11,092 bases of DNA from Promethearchaeota archaeon (lineage in GTDB: Archaea; Asgardarchaeota; Lokiarchaeia; Sigyniarchaeales; SOKP01): assembly GCA_048941265.1 (NCBI GenBank), contig JBHLNT010000137.1, forward strand, positions 1 through 11,092, read 5' to 3'. The position numbers and the translations under genes were made by a program. Every line of letters begins with the position of its first letter. The stretch's first letter is position 1. The notes below the pieces were generated by a model that did not search any database, had not been told where the DNA came from, and saw only the letters and a list, made by a program, of their open reading frames with translations. Positions 1-7,707 of the stretch are shown piece by piece.

Positions 1-2
1 AA

Positions 3-170
3 GATGGTATTCTTTCATATTATGAGTTTAAATATGCTGGAGACACGGTAGTGAAGCTTGAACGTGAGTGGGAGTTTTTAAATGATTATTATAACTTGCT
101 GATTATAGGTGTTCTTGGTTTAATATCGCTAGCAATGGTTTTTTACTTCAATCTTATAAAGAGCCCATGA
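3..170 (+). CDS. 3' fragment of a hypothetical protein with a C-terminal transmembrane anchor (5'-truncated by window edge)
   Basis: Hand translation from base 3 is open to TGA at 168-170: DGILSYYEFKYAGDTVVKLEREWEFLNDYYNLLIIGVLGLISLAMVFYFNLIKSP*. It ends in a ~20-aa hydrophobic helix followed by K. A T-rich tract follows the stop. Confidence 0.75.
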   Translation, partial: DGILSYYEFKYAGDTVVKLEREWEFLNDYYNLLIIGVLGLISLAMVFYFNLIKSP

Positions 171-262
171 ATGTCTAAATCAGATATTTTTGGTTTTATT
201 ATTATTTACTGATTTCAATTTTACAGGCAAATTTTGAGTTGACTCTCTATTAATAGTTTCAC

Positions 263-270
263 TTTATATA
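263..270 (+). promoter_or_regulatory. Putative archaeal TATA box (TTTATATA) upstream of the alpha/beta hydrolase
   Basis: TTTATATA at 263-270, ~75 bp before the proposed start at 345. The background is AT-rich, so specificity is low. Confidence 0.35.
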
Positions 271-333
271 CTTTTGAAAATAATATTTAAATTGATTCGG
301 AAACATAAAATCTAAATTAATAAAATAAATTAA

Positions 334-340
334 AGGTGAG
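334..340 (+). promoter_or_regulatory. Shine-Dalgarno-like ribosome binding site (AGGTGAG)
   Basis: AGGTGAG at 334-340 lies 4 nt before the in-frame ATT at 345. No comparable motif precedes the GTG at 384. Confidence 0.65.
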
Positions 341-344
341 TTAA

Positions 345-1169
345 ATTCCAATTTTCAATTACAGTGATATTGAAATAAATTATGTGAAGAAAGGTAAAGG
401 GGAACCTCTTGTATTCCTTCAAGGTTGGGCAACAACTCTCGATGGATGGGCTTTTCAAACTCCATTTTTTAGACGTAAGATGACAGTCATAGCATTAGAT
501 AATAGGGGTATTGGTAGTAGTTCCCGGCCAAATTATCCTTATACGATGGATATGTTTGTAGATGAAACTAAAGCATTGCTTGACTCTTTGGGTATCCAAC
601 AAAAAATTCATCTATGTGGCATCAGTATGGGCGGAATGATTGCACAGAATCTTGTTTTAAAATACCCTGATATGGTTAAAACATTAATTTTACTCTCCAC
701 TACCCCATATTATAGAGAAGAATTTGCCCAACCCATAATGGAAGAATATAAGGCGATTATGCAGGATTTAGATTTAGAAGAAGGATTCAAAAGAAAACTC
801 AATTTAATGTTTTCTGAATCGTTTATTACAAGGGTAAATGAGGATGAAGTATTGCGTAACACTCTTTTTGATACATTGATGATGAAAAGTGCGAGTAATG
901 CCAGTTGGCAGGATTTAGAAAATCGGGGAGCTGCATTACTAAATCATGATACGCGCGACAGCCTTAAAAAAATTACCCAACCTGTGCTAATTATGCATGG
1001 TACAGAGGATAAATATATTCCTTTAGAAGATGCTCTTCTTTTGGATGAAAAAATTCCTAATTCAAAATTAATTACCCTCGAAGGTTTCGGACACGGAAGT
1101 ATCTTGATAGAAGATGCCGAAAGAGTAAATAGTCTAATTTGGAACTTTATAGAAGAGCATTTAGATTGA
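345..1169 (+). CDS. Alpha/beta-fold hydrolase (Abhydrolase_1, enol-lactonase/esterase-like); start probably ATT 345 rather than GTG 384
   Basis: Nucleophile elbow GISMGG (GxSxG), DNRGIGSS motif, acid in HGTEDKYIP and His in GFGHG. The in-frame upstream extension (M)PIFNYSDIEINY-VKKGKGEPLVFL resembles the usual N-terminal strands of the family and is bounded by TAA at 342-344. Confidence 0.92.
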   Translation: MPIFNYSDIEINYVKKGKGEPLVFLQGWATTLDGWAFQTPFFRRKMTVIALDNRGIGSSSRPNYPYTMDMFVDETKALLDSLGIQQKIHLCGISMGGMIAQNLVLKYPDMVKTLILLSTTPYYREEFAQPIMEEYKAIMQDLDLEEGFKRKLNLMFSESFITRVNEDEVLRNTLFDTLMMKSASNASWQDLENRGAALLNHDTRDSLKKITQPVLIMHGTEDKYIPLEDALLLDEKIPNSKLITLEGFGHGSILIEDAERVNSLIWNFIEEHLD

Positions 1170-1195
1170 CTTACTTTATGTTAAACTTAGTTTCA

Positions 1196-2482
1196 TTATT
1201 CTTCGCGAGTTTCTGTCTTTATAATATTTTCACTTTCCATTTCATTGACGAATAAATGGGGAATTATTGAAATTAGAACAATTAATCCGCCGACTATAAA
1301 AATTAATGGAGTTGGAACAGTTCCTGAAACCCCTTGTCTCACGATCGGAATTCCATATTGCAGCGCTAGCCACCCACCCAAAAAGGCTCCAATTACCATA
1401 GGGATTGTTGCGTTAAATAAATTCCAATACCCACTAAATTGCCCTCGACCTTCTTCAGGATAAAGATCTTTTATCCATGTTAAAGTCGCGATAGTCCAGG
1501 CGATATAGAACACAAGCCAACATGTTCCAAATAATAATAATAGAAAAACGTCTAAAACCAGTGCAAATATAATTAAAAAAAGTCCCATCAAGAGAGCTGA
1601 CACAAGTGCCATTTTTTTCCTGCCTATCCGGTCAGTAAGAATACCAAATGGATACCCTAATAGCATAGAAACGAGCATTGCAATGAAGATAAGGATTGAA
1701 GCTAAAGATAATGATAGTCCAACATAATGTTCTAAGTAGATTAATAAAAATGGAAAGAATACATAAAATCCAGTTTCAAAAACTGCAACACTAATTAATA
1801 ACCTCACGTAATCCTTGTGATTTTTAAGGGTTCCACCCTTAAATGTATTTTTAATGTGTACATAAATGCTAATATTCAATGGTTTTAACTCTTCTGAATC
1901 TTCAATTAAGAAGCTTCCTAATATACCAATGATCCCCACAACAATTCCCACTATATAAAAATATATGAAATAACCAAATAATTGAATGAAAAATCCAGAT
2001 ACTCCATATGTTATTATCAAAGCCATTAGAAAGACTACCTGAACGATCCCCATGACTTTACCTCTATTTTCTTCATTCGTTACATCCGTTACATACGCAT
2101 TAAATCCCGCATTCAGCGCTGTTGAACCAAAAAAAGTCATTATTGAATCAAATAATATAGCAATCAAGACTGCTAAAATTATCGGTCTAAAAAGGGCTGC
2201 TAAGGGAAAAATCGCCGTAGTTATACCCCAAAATATGAATCCCAAAATAATAATGCTCTTTCTTTTGCCTTTCACATCACTGTAAGAACCCATGATAATC
2301 GCAGCTACTGTCCCCACTATTGTGGTAACTGCTACAAGGATAGATATATATAAAGGAACTGGGGCTATAACATTATACATAAAAACATTATAATACTGAT
2401 TTTCTACGGCCCAAGCTATCTGACCAGCAAAATTTATGAGAATTACAGCTAATAAGATTTTACGGGGAATTTTTTCGCTCAA
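1196..2482 (-). CDS. Major facilitator superfamily (MFS) transporter
   Basis: 428 aa with ~12 hydrophobic segments. MFS motif A-like loops in both halves (GSYSDVKGKRK; GILTDRIGRKK), plus DVTNEENRGK and DLYPEEGRGQ loops. TTG start preceded by AAAGGTA. Confidence 0.93.
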   Translation of the reverse strand: MSEKIPRKILLAVILINFAGQIAWAVENQYYNVFMYNVIAPVPLYISILVAVTTIVGTVAAIIMGSYSDVKGKRKSIIILGFIFWGITTAIFPLAALFRPIILAVLIAILFDSIMTFFGSTALNAGFNAYVTDVTNEENRGKVMGIVQVVFLMALIITYGVSGFFIQLFGYFIYFYIVGIVVGIIGILGSFLIEDSEELKPLNISIYVHIKNTFKGGTLKNHKDYVRLLISVAVFETGFYVFFPFLLIYLEHYVGLSLSLASILIFIAMLVSMLLGYPFGILTDRIGRKKMALVSALLMGLFLIIFALVLDVFLLLLFGTCWLVFYIAWTIATLTWIKDLYPEEGRGQFSGYWNLFNATIPMVIGAFLGGWLALQYGIPIVRQGVSGTVPTPLIFIVGGLIVLISIIPHLFVNEMESENIIKTETREE

Positions 2483-2614
2483 ATTAGAAATACCTTTAAT
2501 AGTCTATAAGTTATATGTGTTAAAAATGCTGTTAACATAATAAGCTTTCTATCAAGCGCTACTATTTTAAATGATAAATTTCAGAATATAATGATTCAAA
2601 TTTTTATTCATGTC

Positions 2615-3112
2615 TTATTTATTCTGAGAAGTGGCAAGATAATTTATCCAAGCCCTTTGATCCTTTTCTAATAAAGATTTTACTAAGGAAAGCTTATCAA
2701 ACCCGGGAGTATCACGATATTTTTCTTTAAAGCTCTCGATTTGCTCATGTGCTTGCACGATTTCATTAGATTCTACAAGGATATCATATTTTTCATTCAA
2801 AATAAGGCATTCTTTCTCGATCTCTGTCTTAAAAAACTTTTTCTGTTCCTTCTTGGCTATTAATTGAAGTGTATCTTCTTGTTCTTTTATGCAATACATC
2901 ATATTATAACGAATCGCTAATTCTATAATTTGATTAGCAAGTTTTATCGCTTTTTCGTTATTTCCTTCAGCTATGTTTAAATCTTGATTAGATTTTAATT
3001 TATCAATTTCTAGCATAACATCTAATTTACTCATTCTTTCAACTTGTTGAGCGTCTTTTGCCTCTTCTAAGTCCTTAGTTTTTTTGGCTGATTTTTTCTC
3101 CTTCTTTTTCAT
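2615..3112 (-). CDS. Hypothetical protein, Lys/Glu-rich and predicted all-helical
   Basis: 165-aa ORF with ATG start, co-oriented upstream of the MFS gene. AEGNNEKAIKLANQIIELA resembles a TPR/MIT-like helical hairpin. No catalytic motif recognised. Confidence 0.8.
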   Translation of the reverse strand: MKKKEKKSAKKTKDLEEAKDAQQVERMSKLDVMLEIDKLKSNQDLNIAEGNNEKAIKLANQIIELAIRYNMMYCIKEQEDTLQLIAKKEQKKFFKTEIEKECLILNEKYDILVESNEIVQAHEQIESFKEKYRDTPGFDKLSLVKSLLEKDQRAWINYLATSQNK

Positions 3113-3535
3113 AATTTCATGCTAAGTTTTTTTGTTTTTCATATCAAACTACACAAGTGATAATAGATTTTAATTATAAATTTTTGTTTTTGGAATTATA
3201 ACCGCTAGATCAGCACAACAAAAGAAACTTATGCTAAAGAAATAGTCTACAACTATCAATTAAAAGGAATAAATTTCAAAATCAATGAAAAAATAGATTA
3301 GCTGCGAAGAAAAGAAAGCCTTTCTTTCTTTTAACAATTATAAAAACTATTTATATCCATTATTACTTTTCACTTACGATGAAAACGATGAAAATAATAA
3401 GAATTATGGTAAGAGATCCGCATTTTCGGAATTATTAATTTTCAATGCTTTCTAATAAGAAAATTTATGTATTTATTTTGACTTTCTCAATCATTATCAA
3501 AAAATTAGAAAAACATCATTTATCTAACAAAAGGA

Positions 3536-3543
3536 TTTATATA
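3536..3543 (+). promoter_or_regulatory. Putative archaeal BRE/TATA promoter for the longin-like gene
   Basis: Purine-rich CAAAAGGA followed by TTTATATA(TATA) at 3536-3547, ~55 bp upstream of the proposed start at 3599. Confidence 0.4.
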
Positions 3544-3598
3544 TATATTATCAAAAGAATAAATTTGAAAAATATTTTCTGCAGTTAGGTGTAATGGG

Positions 3599-4444
3599 AT
3601 TAACTTATGGATACTTGATTCGGATAGTGGGATCAAATTACTATACAAATCATTTTTAAAACTTCGTACTGATGAAGATATTATATCCGGTTTTTTAACA
3701 GCTTTTAACCAATTCTCAGAGGTTCAATTTCAACAATCATTGGAATCCATAGAAATGGGCGGTTTACGCTGGGTATATACTATGGAACCCAGCTATAATC
3801 TTCTTATTGTTGCTGCTGAAAATAAAAATATAAAAACAGAGATGATTATAGGCAGATTAGAAGCTATTAAAAAAGCATTTATCGAAGAATACGGGTCGCT
3901 CTTTAAAAAGAGGGGCGATAGTTGGGATGGGAATGTTAAAATATTTTTACCATTTGCTCACGTAATTGAAGATTATTATAATCAATGGGGAGAAGTGGAA
4001 ACACTAGCTCAGGTGGCCGATCTTTATGATATATTGCGAATTTTTCAACAAATTTTAATCAAACTTCGAAATATTGTAAGTACTAGAATGTATAGTAAGT
4101 CTCGAAATAATATTCTAAATAAATTTGAAGATGCATATAATTCTCTTCTCCAACGGAAAAAATTTAGGAACCGACCCGAGTTAAATAATATCACATTCTC
4201 CAAAGAAACCTGGTTTAATCTTGTTGATATCGACTTGGTAAAATGTGATAAAGAAATACTTATTGATTATCTAAAAGCAGTTTTCAGAATTCTGATTACG
4301 ATATTAGTCGACATAAAAGGAAAAAATTTATGCTTGAAATACTTTAATGAAGAAAAAATTTATGCCTATATCTATAATAATTTAAAATTTCTGCAGGATC
4401 TGAATTTAGATCTTTTCTTTTTAGAGCTCTTCTTTCTAATATGA
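3599..4444 (+). CDS. Longin-like domain protein (N-terminal longin-type fold plus helical C-terminal domain); extends 47 codons upstream of the ORF-track call at 3740
   Basis: The frame is open upstream of 3740 back to TGA at 3566-3568: (I/M)NLWILDSDSGIKLLYKSFLKLRTDEDIISGFLTAFNQFSEVQFQQSLESIEMGGLRWVYTMEPSYNLLIVAAENK...IIGRLEAIKKAFIEEY...FAHVIEDY. This fits the beta-beta-alpha-beta-beta-beta-alpha-alpha pattern and the 'SGFLTA' helix typical of Asgard longin-like proteins. AGGTGT at 3587-3592 precedes ATT 3599. Confidence 0.8.
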   Translation: MNLWILDSDSGIKLLYKSFLKLRTDEDIISGFLTAFNQFSEVQFQQSLESIEMGGLRWVYTMEPSYNLLIVAAENKNIKTEMIIGRLEAIKKAFIEEYGSLFKKRGDSWDGNVKIFLPFAHVIEDYYNQWGEVETLAQVADLYDILRIFQQILIKLRNIVSTRMYSKSRNNILNKFEDAYNSLLQRKKFRNRPELNNITFSKETWFNLVDIDLVKCDKEILIDYLKAVFRILITILVDIKGKNLCLKYFNEEKIYAYIYNNLKFLQDLNLDLFFLELFFLI

Positions 4445-4490
4445 GAGAGATATCATAAATTAGGATAACATATAATCTAAAAATGGCTTT

Positions 4491-4543
4491 AAAGGGAAAT
4501 TTACCTTTTTTCCGGTTCTCTAAAGATTTATTCTTTTTAGAAC
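4491..4543. terminator. Imperfect inverted repeats and T-tracts between convergent genes; putative terminator
   Basis: AAAGGGAAA/TTTACCTTT near-palindrome (4491-4508) runs into a T tract. A second imperfect repeat GTTCTCTAAAGA...TCTTTTTAGAAC spans 4515-4543. Confidence 0.35.
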
Positions 4544-4576
4544 TGTTTTTAATGGTTTAAATCAAAACTTTTTGTT

Positions 4577-4592
4577 AAAAAAAAAGAAGAAA
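4577..4592 (-). terminator. Oligo-T archaeal-type terminator of the aldo/keto reductase gene
   Basis: The minus strand reads TTTCTTCTTTTTTTTT starting 16 nt after the TAA stop at 4608. Confidence 0.5.
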
Positions 4593-4607
4593 TTAATTTG
4601 GTTAATA

Positions 4608-5831
4608 TTAAAGAACTTCCGAGACATTTTTTCTATCCCTAAAAATAAGATTCGCTTTTTCCATCATAGCGGGAATATCAATTTGTTGGGGGCACTTGTC
4701 CAAACATTCCCCGCATTGGATGCAAAGAGAAGCTGCTCCTTCGGCCTCATCTCCCCTCGTATTACTCTTTTCTAATTCCTCCGGAGTTTTGACCATTCGG
4801 TCGTAGAAAAAAGCAATCCTCATCCTACCCCTTTCGCCCCAATACGCAATCTCGTTTAATATTCGAAATACAGCCGGAATTGTTACGCCGTTCGGGCACG
4901 GAAGACAATAACTACAGTTCGTGCAAGGCACGACATCCAGTTTTTTATATGCTTCTCGTAATTCCGAAATTGTTTTTAACTCATCCTTGCTTAGAATATT
5001 AATTCCCGATTTATCTGCGGATTCCACATTTTCTATAACCTGCTGCATTGCACTCATACCGCTTAATACGATTGAGACTTCGGGCTGGTTCCATAGGAAC
5101 TGTAAGGCCCAATCGGGCATGCTCCTTTTAACCTTTGCTTTATCTAATACGTTTTTAATTTCGGGTTTTGTATCCAACTTATGTTCGGGAATAGCCAGCT
5201 TACCCCCCCTAAGAGGTTCCATAATAATTACCGCGATATTTTTACTTCCCGCATACTTTAGACCTTTAGTGCCTGCCTGAAAATCAATATCCAGATAATT
5301 ATGCTGGATTTGGCAGCAATCCCAATTGTAATAATCGATTATTTCCTTAAAAGCTTCAAATCCGTCGTGAAAAGAAAAGCCGAAATACTTAAATTTCCCC
5401 TTTTTTTTTGCTTCTTCCATCTTTTGTATTAAATTTAGCTCTTTGATCTTATCCAATCTTTCCCTATTTAACCCATGAAAGAGATATATGTCTGGATTGG
5501 TTTGCATTCTTTCAATCTGCTCGTCAAGATATCTATCAAAATCTTCCTTCTTCTTTACGAACCAAATGGGACATTTTGTGGTAAGATGAACTTTTTCACG
5601 ATACCCATCTTTCAACGCTTTTCCGACCACTACCTCACTTTCACCCATATGGTAAGGATATGCAGTATCGACGTAATTTACACCATGGTCGATCGCATAA
5701 CGGATCATTTTAATTGCCTCATCTTCGACAATTTTAAACTGTTTATCTACCGGTAACCGCATAGCGCCGAAACCCAACGCAGATACGTCCCATCCCAATG
5801 AACCCATTTTTCGATATTTCATATACATCAA
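4608..5831 (-). CDS. Aldo/keto reductase family oxidoreductase with C-terminal 4Fe-4S dicluster domain (COG1453-like)
   Basis: MKYRKMG...VSALGFGAMRLP N-terminus; catalytic D/Y in DTAYPY, K in TTK, H in YLFH; MEPLRGG; VLSGMS. Cys motifs CTNCSYCLPCP and CIQCGECLDKCP. The real start may be ATG at 5822 or 5828. Confidence 0.95.
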   Translation of the reverse strand: MMYMKYRKMGSLGWDVSALGFGAMRLPVDKQFKIVEDEAIKMIRYAIDHGVNYVDTAYPYHMGESEVVVGKALKDGYREKVHLTTKCPIWFVKKKEDFDRYLDEQIERMQTNPDIYLFHGLNRERLDKIKELNLIQKMEEAKKKGKFKYFGFSFHDGFEAFKEIIDYYNWDCCQIQHNYLDIDFQAGTKGLKYAGSKNIAVIIMEPLRGGKLAIPEHKLDTKPEIKNVLDKAKVKRSMPDWALQFLWNQPEVSIVLSGMSAMQQVIENVESADKSGINILSKDELKTISELREAYKKLDVVPCTNCSYCLPCPNGVTIPAVFRILNEIAYWGERGRMRIAFFYDRMVKTPEELEKSNTRGDEAEGAASLCIQCGECLDKCPQQIDIPAMMEKANLIFRDRKNVSEVL

Positions 5832-5958
5832 TAATAAGTGGCTTTATTTAATTAGATTTGTTTAGAAATATAAATAATTCTTTCTTTTTAAATTCAAAAT
5901 ACAAAAAAGTAAAGAGTTAGAGCTGTATACTTATCAGACCTAAGAAAAATTATACTTA

Positions 5959-6121
5959 TACGGCAATAAAACGACTTGTTGATAAGGGGTGAAATGACAT
6001 GGCACGAATCATGATTTACTACTCCTTTGATATAAAATTGAGGAATGTTGCAATGACCAACTCATTTATTTGTGCATTTTAATGGTTAAACATCGGCCGA
6101 AAAAGAGATCATATTGCCGTA
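5959..6121. repeat. Perfect 10-bp inverted repeat TACGGCAATA / TATTGCCGTA enclosing 143 bp of intergenic DNA
   Basis: Arms at 5959-5968 and 6112-6121, extendable by 3 bp outward (TTA/TAA) with a one-base bulge. Confidence 0.55.
5999..6082 (+). CDS. Possible small protein (27 aa, MARIMIYYSFDIKLRNVAMTNSFICAF)
   Basis: Strong SD-like GGGGTGA at 5986-5992, 6 nt before ATG 5999. No recognisable homology, so it may be chance. Confidence 0.25.
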   Translation: MARIMIYYSFDIKLRNVAMTNSFICAF

Positions 6122-6347
6122 GTAACATAAATAATATCGATAGGGGTTTAAATTGCCCACTATGATGCTCCTTTATTCTATAATCTGTTCTTTCCTGTAG
6201 TCTACAAGTGGAAGTTTCTCGATCTGATGAGGGTTTAATCCTTATGCTTATAATTTCTAAATAGAAGAGTTTTATTCATAAATTTACTAGTATTTGAGGT
6301 ACTTATCTTAAAAATAAAATAAAAAAGGAATAGTATAAATTCTAAAT

Positions 6348-7274
6348 TTAAGACCTAGAAATTGCTTTGTCCACAAGTAATGACTCAACAGTATCAAGAT
6401 CTACGTATTCATTATACGAAATATGCGTTAAATTCTCACTAATTTGCCATAATTTTTTCTGATAAGTCTTATTATAGGATGCTTTGGATGACTTTTTTGG
6501 TTTGCGTTTTATAAAGTATTTTCCGGTAACATTTGTTACTTGTGGAGAGCTCGCAAGAAAGATAGATGTGCGAGCACCTTTCTTTGCACTTATCAAAAAC
6601 AATCTAAAGAAATTAAAAGCCAAATTAAATAGTTTTCCGCCATTATTTTTACCAAATTTAGTTCTTACAACTCCAGGATGAAGTGCGTTAACTGTAATAC
6701 CCGTATTTTCTAATCTTCTGGCAAGTTCATAGGTAAATAAAAGAATTGCAAGCTTTGAATTTCCATAGGCTCTAAACCCTTTATAATTCTGTTCCATGTG
6801 AATATCATTAAAATCAAGTTTAGCAGACCTGTGAGCATGTGAGGATACATTTATAATTCTTGCAGGTGTTGACTTTTTTAACAGATCTAAAACTAGATAA
6901 GTTAGTAAAAAATGACCGAGGTGATTAATAGCAAGTGTTTTTTCATAACCGTCTGAAGTTGTGGATCTTTTCATTAACCATAAACCAGCGTTGTTAATTA
7001 AGACATGAAGATTCTCATATTTCTTCTTGAATTCTTCAACCATTAATCTAATTGAGTTTTGATCCGCAAGATCTGCTAAGAATAATTCCACTTTTTCTGA
7101 ATTAGCCCGTTCTTTTATTTCTTTAAGTGCTTTCTCCCCACGTTCTTTATTCCGGCATACCAATATCACTGTTGCTCCCATTTTAGCAAGTTCAACTGCT
7201 GTTTCTTTACCAATACCCGAGTTTGCCCCGGTAATCATCACAATTTTTCCATTCATATCTACATATTCTTTCAT
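6348..7274 (-). CDS. Short-chain dehydrogenase/reductase, retinol dehydrogenase-like (RDH11-14/WWOX-type) classical SDR
   Basis: TGANSGIG cofactor motif, LINNAG, INHLGHFLLT, NVSS, catalytic YGNSK (YxxxK), LHPGVVRT and C-terminal LWQISE. SD GGGTGA lies 6 nt upstream of the ATG. Confidence 0.95.
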   Translation of the reverse strand: MKEYVDMNGKIVMITGANSGIGKETAVELAKMGATVILVCRNKERGEKALKEIKERANSEKVELFLADLADQNSIRLMVEEFKKKYENLHVLINNAGLWLMKRSTTSDGYEKTLAINHLGHFLLTYLVLDLLKKSTPARIINVSSHAHRSAKLDFNDIHMEQNYKGFRAYGNSKLAILLFTYELARRLENTGITVNALHPGVVRTKFGKNNGGKLFNLAFNFFRLFLISAKKGARTSIFLASSPQVTNVTGKYFIKRKPKKSSKASYNKTYQKKLWQISENLTHISYNEYVDLDTVESLLVDKAISRS

Positions 7275-7287
7275 AATTTTTCACCCA

Positions 7288-7314
7288 TAGAGAGGGATTA
7301 TCGACTCCCCTCTA
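7288..7314 (-). promoter_or_regulatory. Stem-loop in the SDR 5' leader, just upstream of the SD
   Basis: The minus strand reads TAGAGGGGA-GTCGATAA-TCCCTCTCTA-T-GGGTGA-AAAATT-ATG: a 9-bp stem with a single bulge. Confidence 0.45.
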
Positions 7315-7707
7315 ATCTAAAAATTAATAGTTGATAAAATTTAAAAGCGTTCTTTTCATAAATTATAAGGGATTAACCTTAAAGCTCCTTATATTTATAA
7401 TCTAAATCTGAATTTTAATAATTTAAAATAAATGAGGAAAATCTCTGACTTTAAAAATCGTTCTTGAATTCTTTGTTAAGCAATATGGTTTTTATTTAGT
7501 AGCTATTTTATTGGTTTACTGTCGAATTCTCAAAAATTGAATATTTTCTATCCTAAATTTTATGAATTTTAAGTTGTAAGAAAATTTCTACTATTAAAAT
7601 CTCTCTTTTCAGCATTTTTTTATTAAGTTTTTGCATAAAACTTTTTAATAAATGTAGCGCATGTATAATTTGGAATTCAAATAATATAATTAATCGAGGT
7701 AAAGCTG

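Noticed and set aside
1245-2285. ORF-track + strand ORFs 1245..1463 and 2052..2285
   Set aside because: Antisense shadows fully inside the well-supported MFS gene, with no motifs.
3113-3142. In-frame upstream ATG (3142) separated from the 165-aa ORF by a TAG (MKNKKT*HEI-M): amber/pyrrolysine readthrough?
   Set aside because: Would add only 10 low-complexity residues; there are no pyl genes in the window, and chance explains it.
4572-5756. ORF-track + strand ORFs 4572..4775, 4921..5280 and 5475..5756
   Set aside because: Antisense to the aldo/keto reductase, with no independent coding signal.
6154-6183. Possible selenoprotein: TGA readthrough of micro-ORF2 would give C-P-L-U-C (CxxU); Lokiarchaeia are known to use Sec
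   Set aside because: Only 5 codons follow before TAA, there is no recognisable selenoprotein family, and I see no convincing AUGA/GA SECIS stem downstream.
6224-6245. CTGATGAG resembling a hammerhead ribozyme core, C/D box or fluoride-riboswitch 3' motif
   Set aside because: No GAAA after the putative stem II, no properly spaced C/D' boxes, and no riboswitch 5' GGNGAUG stem.
6484-6681. 65-aa + strand ORF
   Set aside because: Antisense shadow of the SDR gene.
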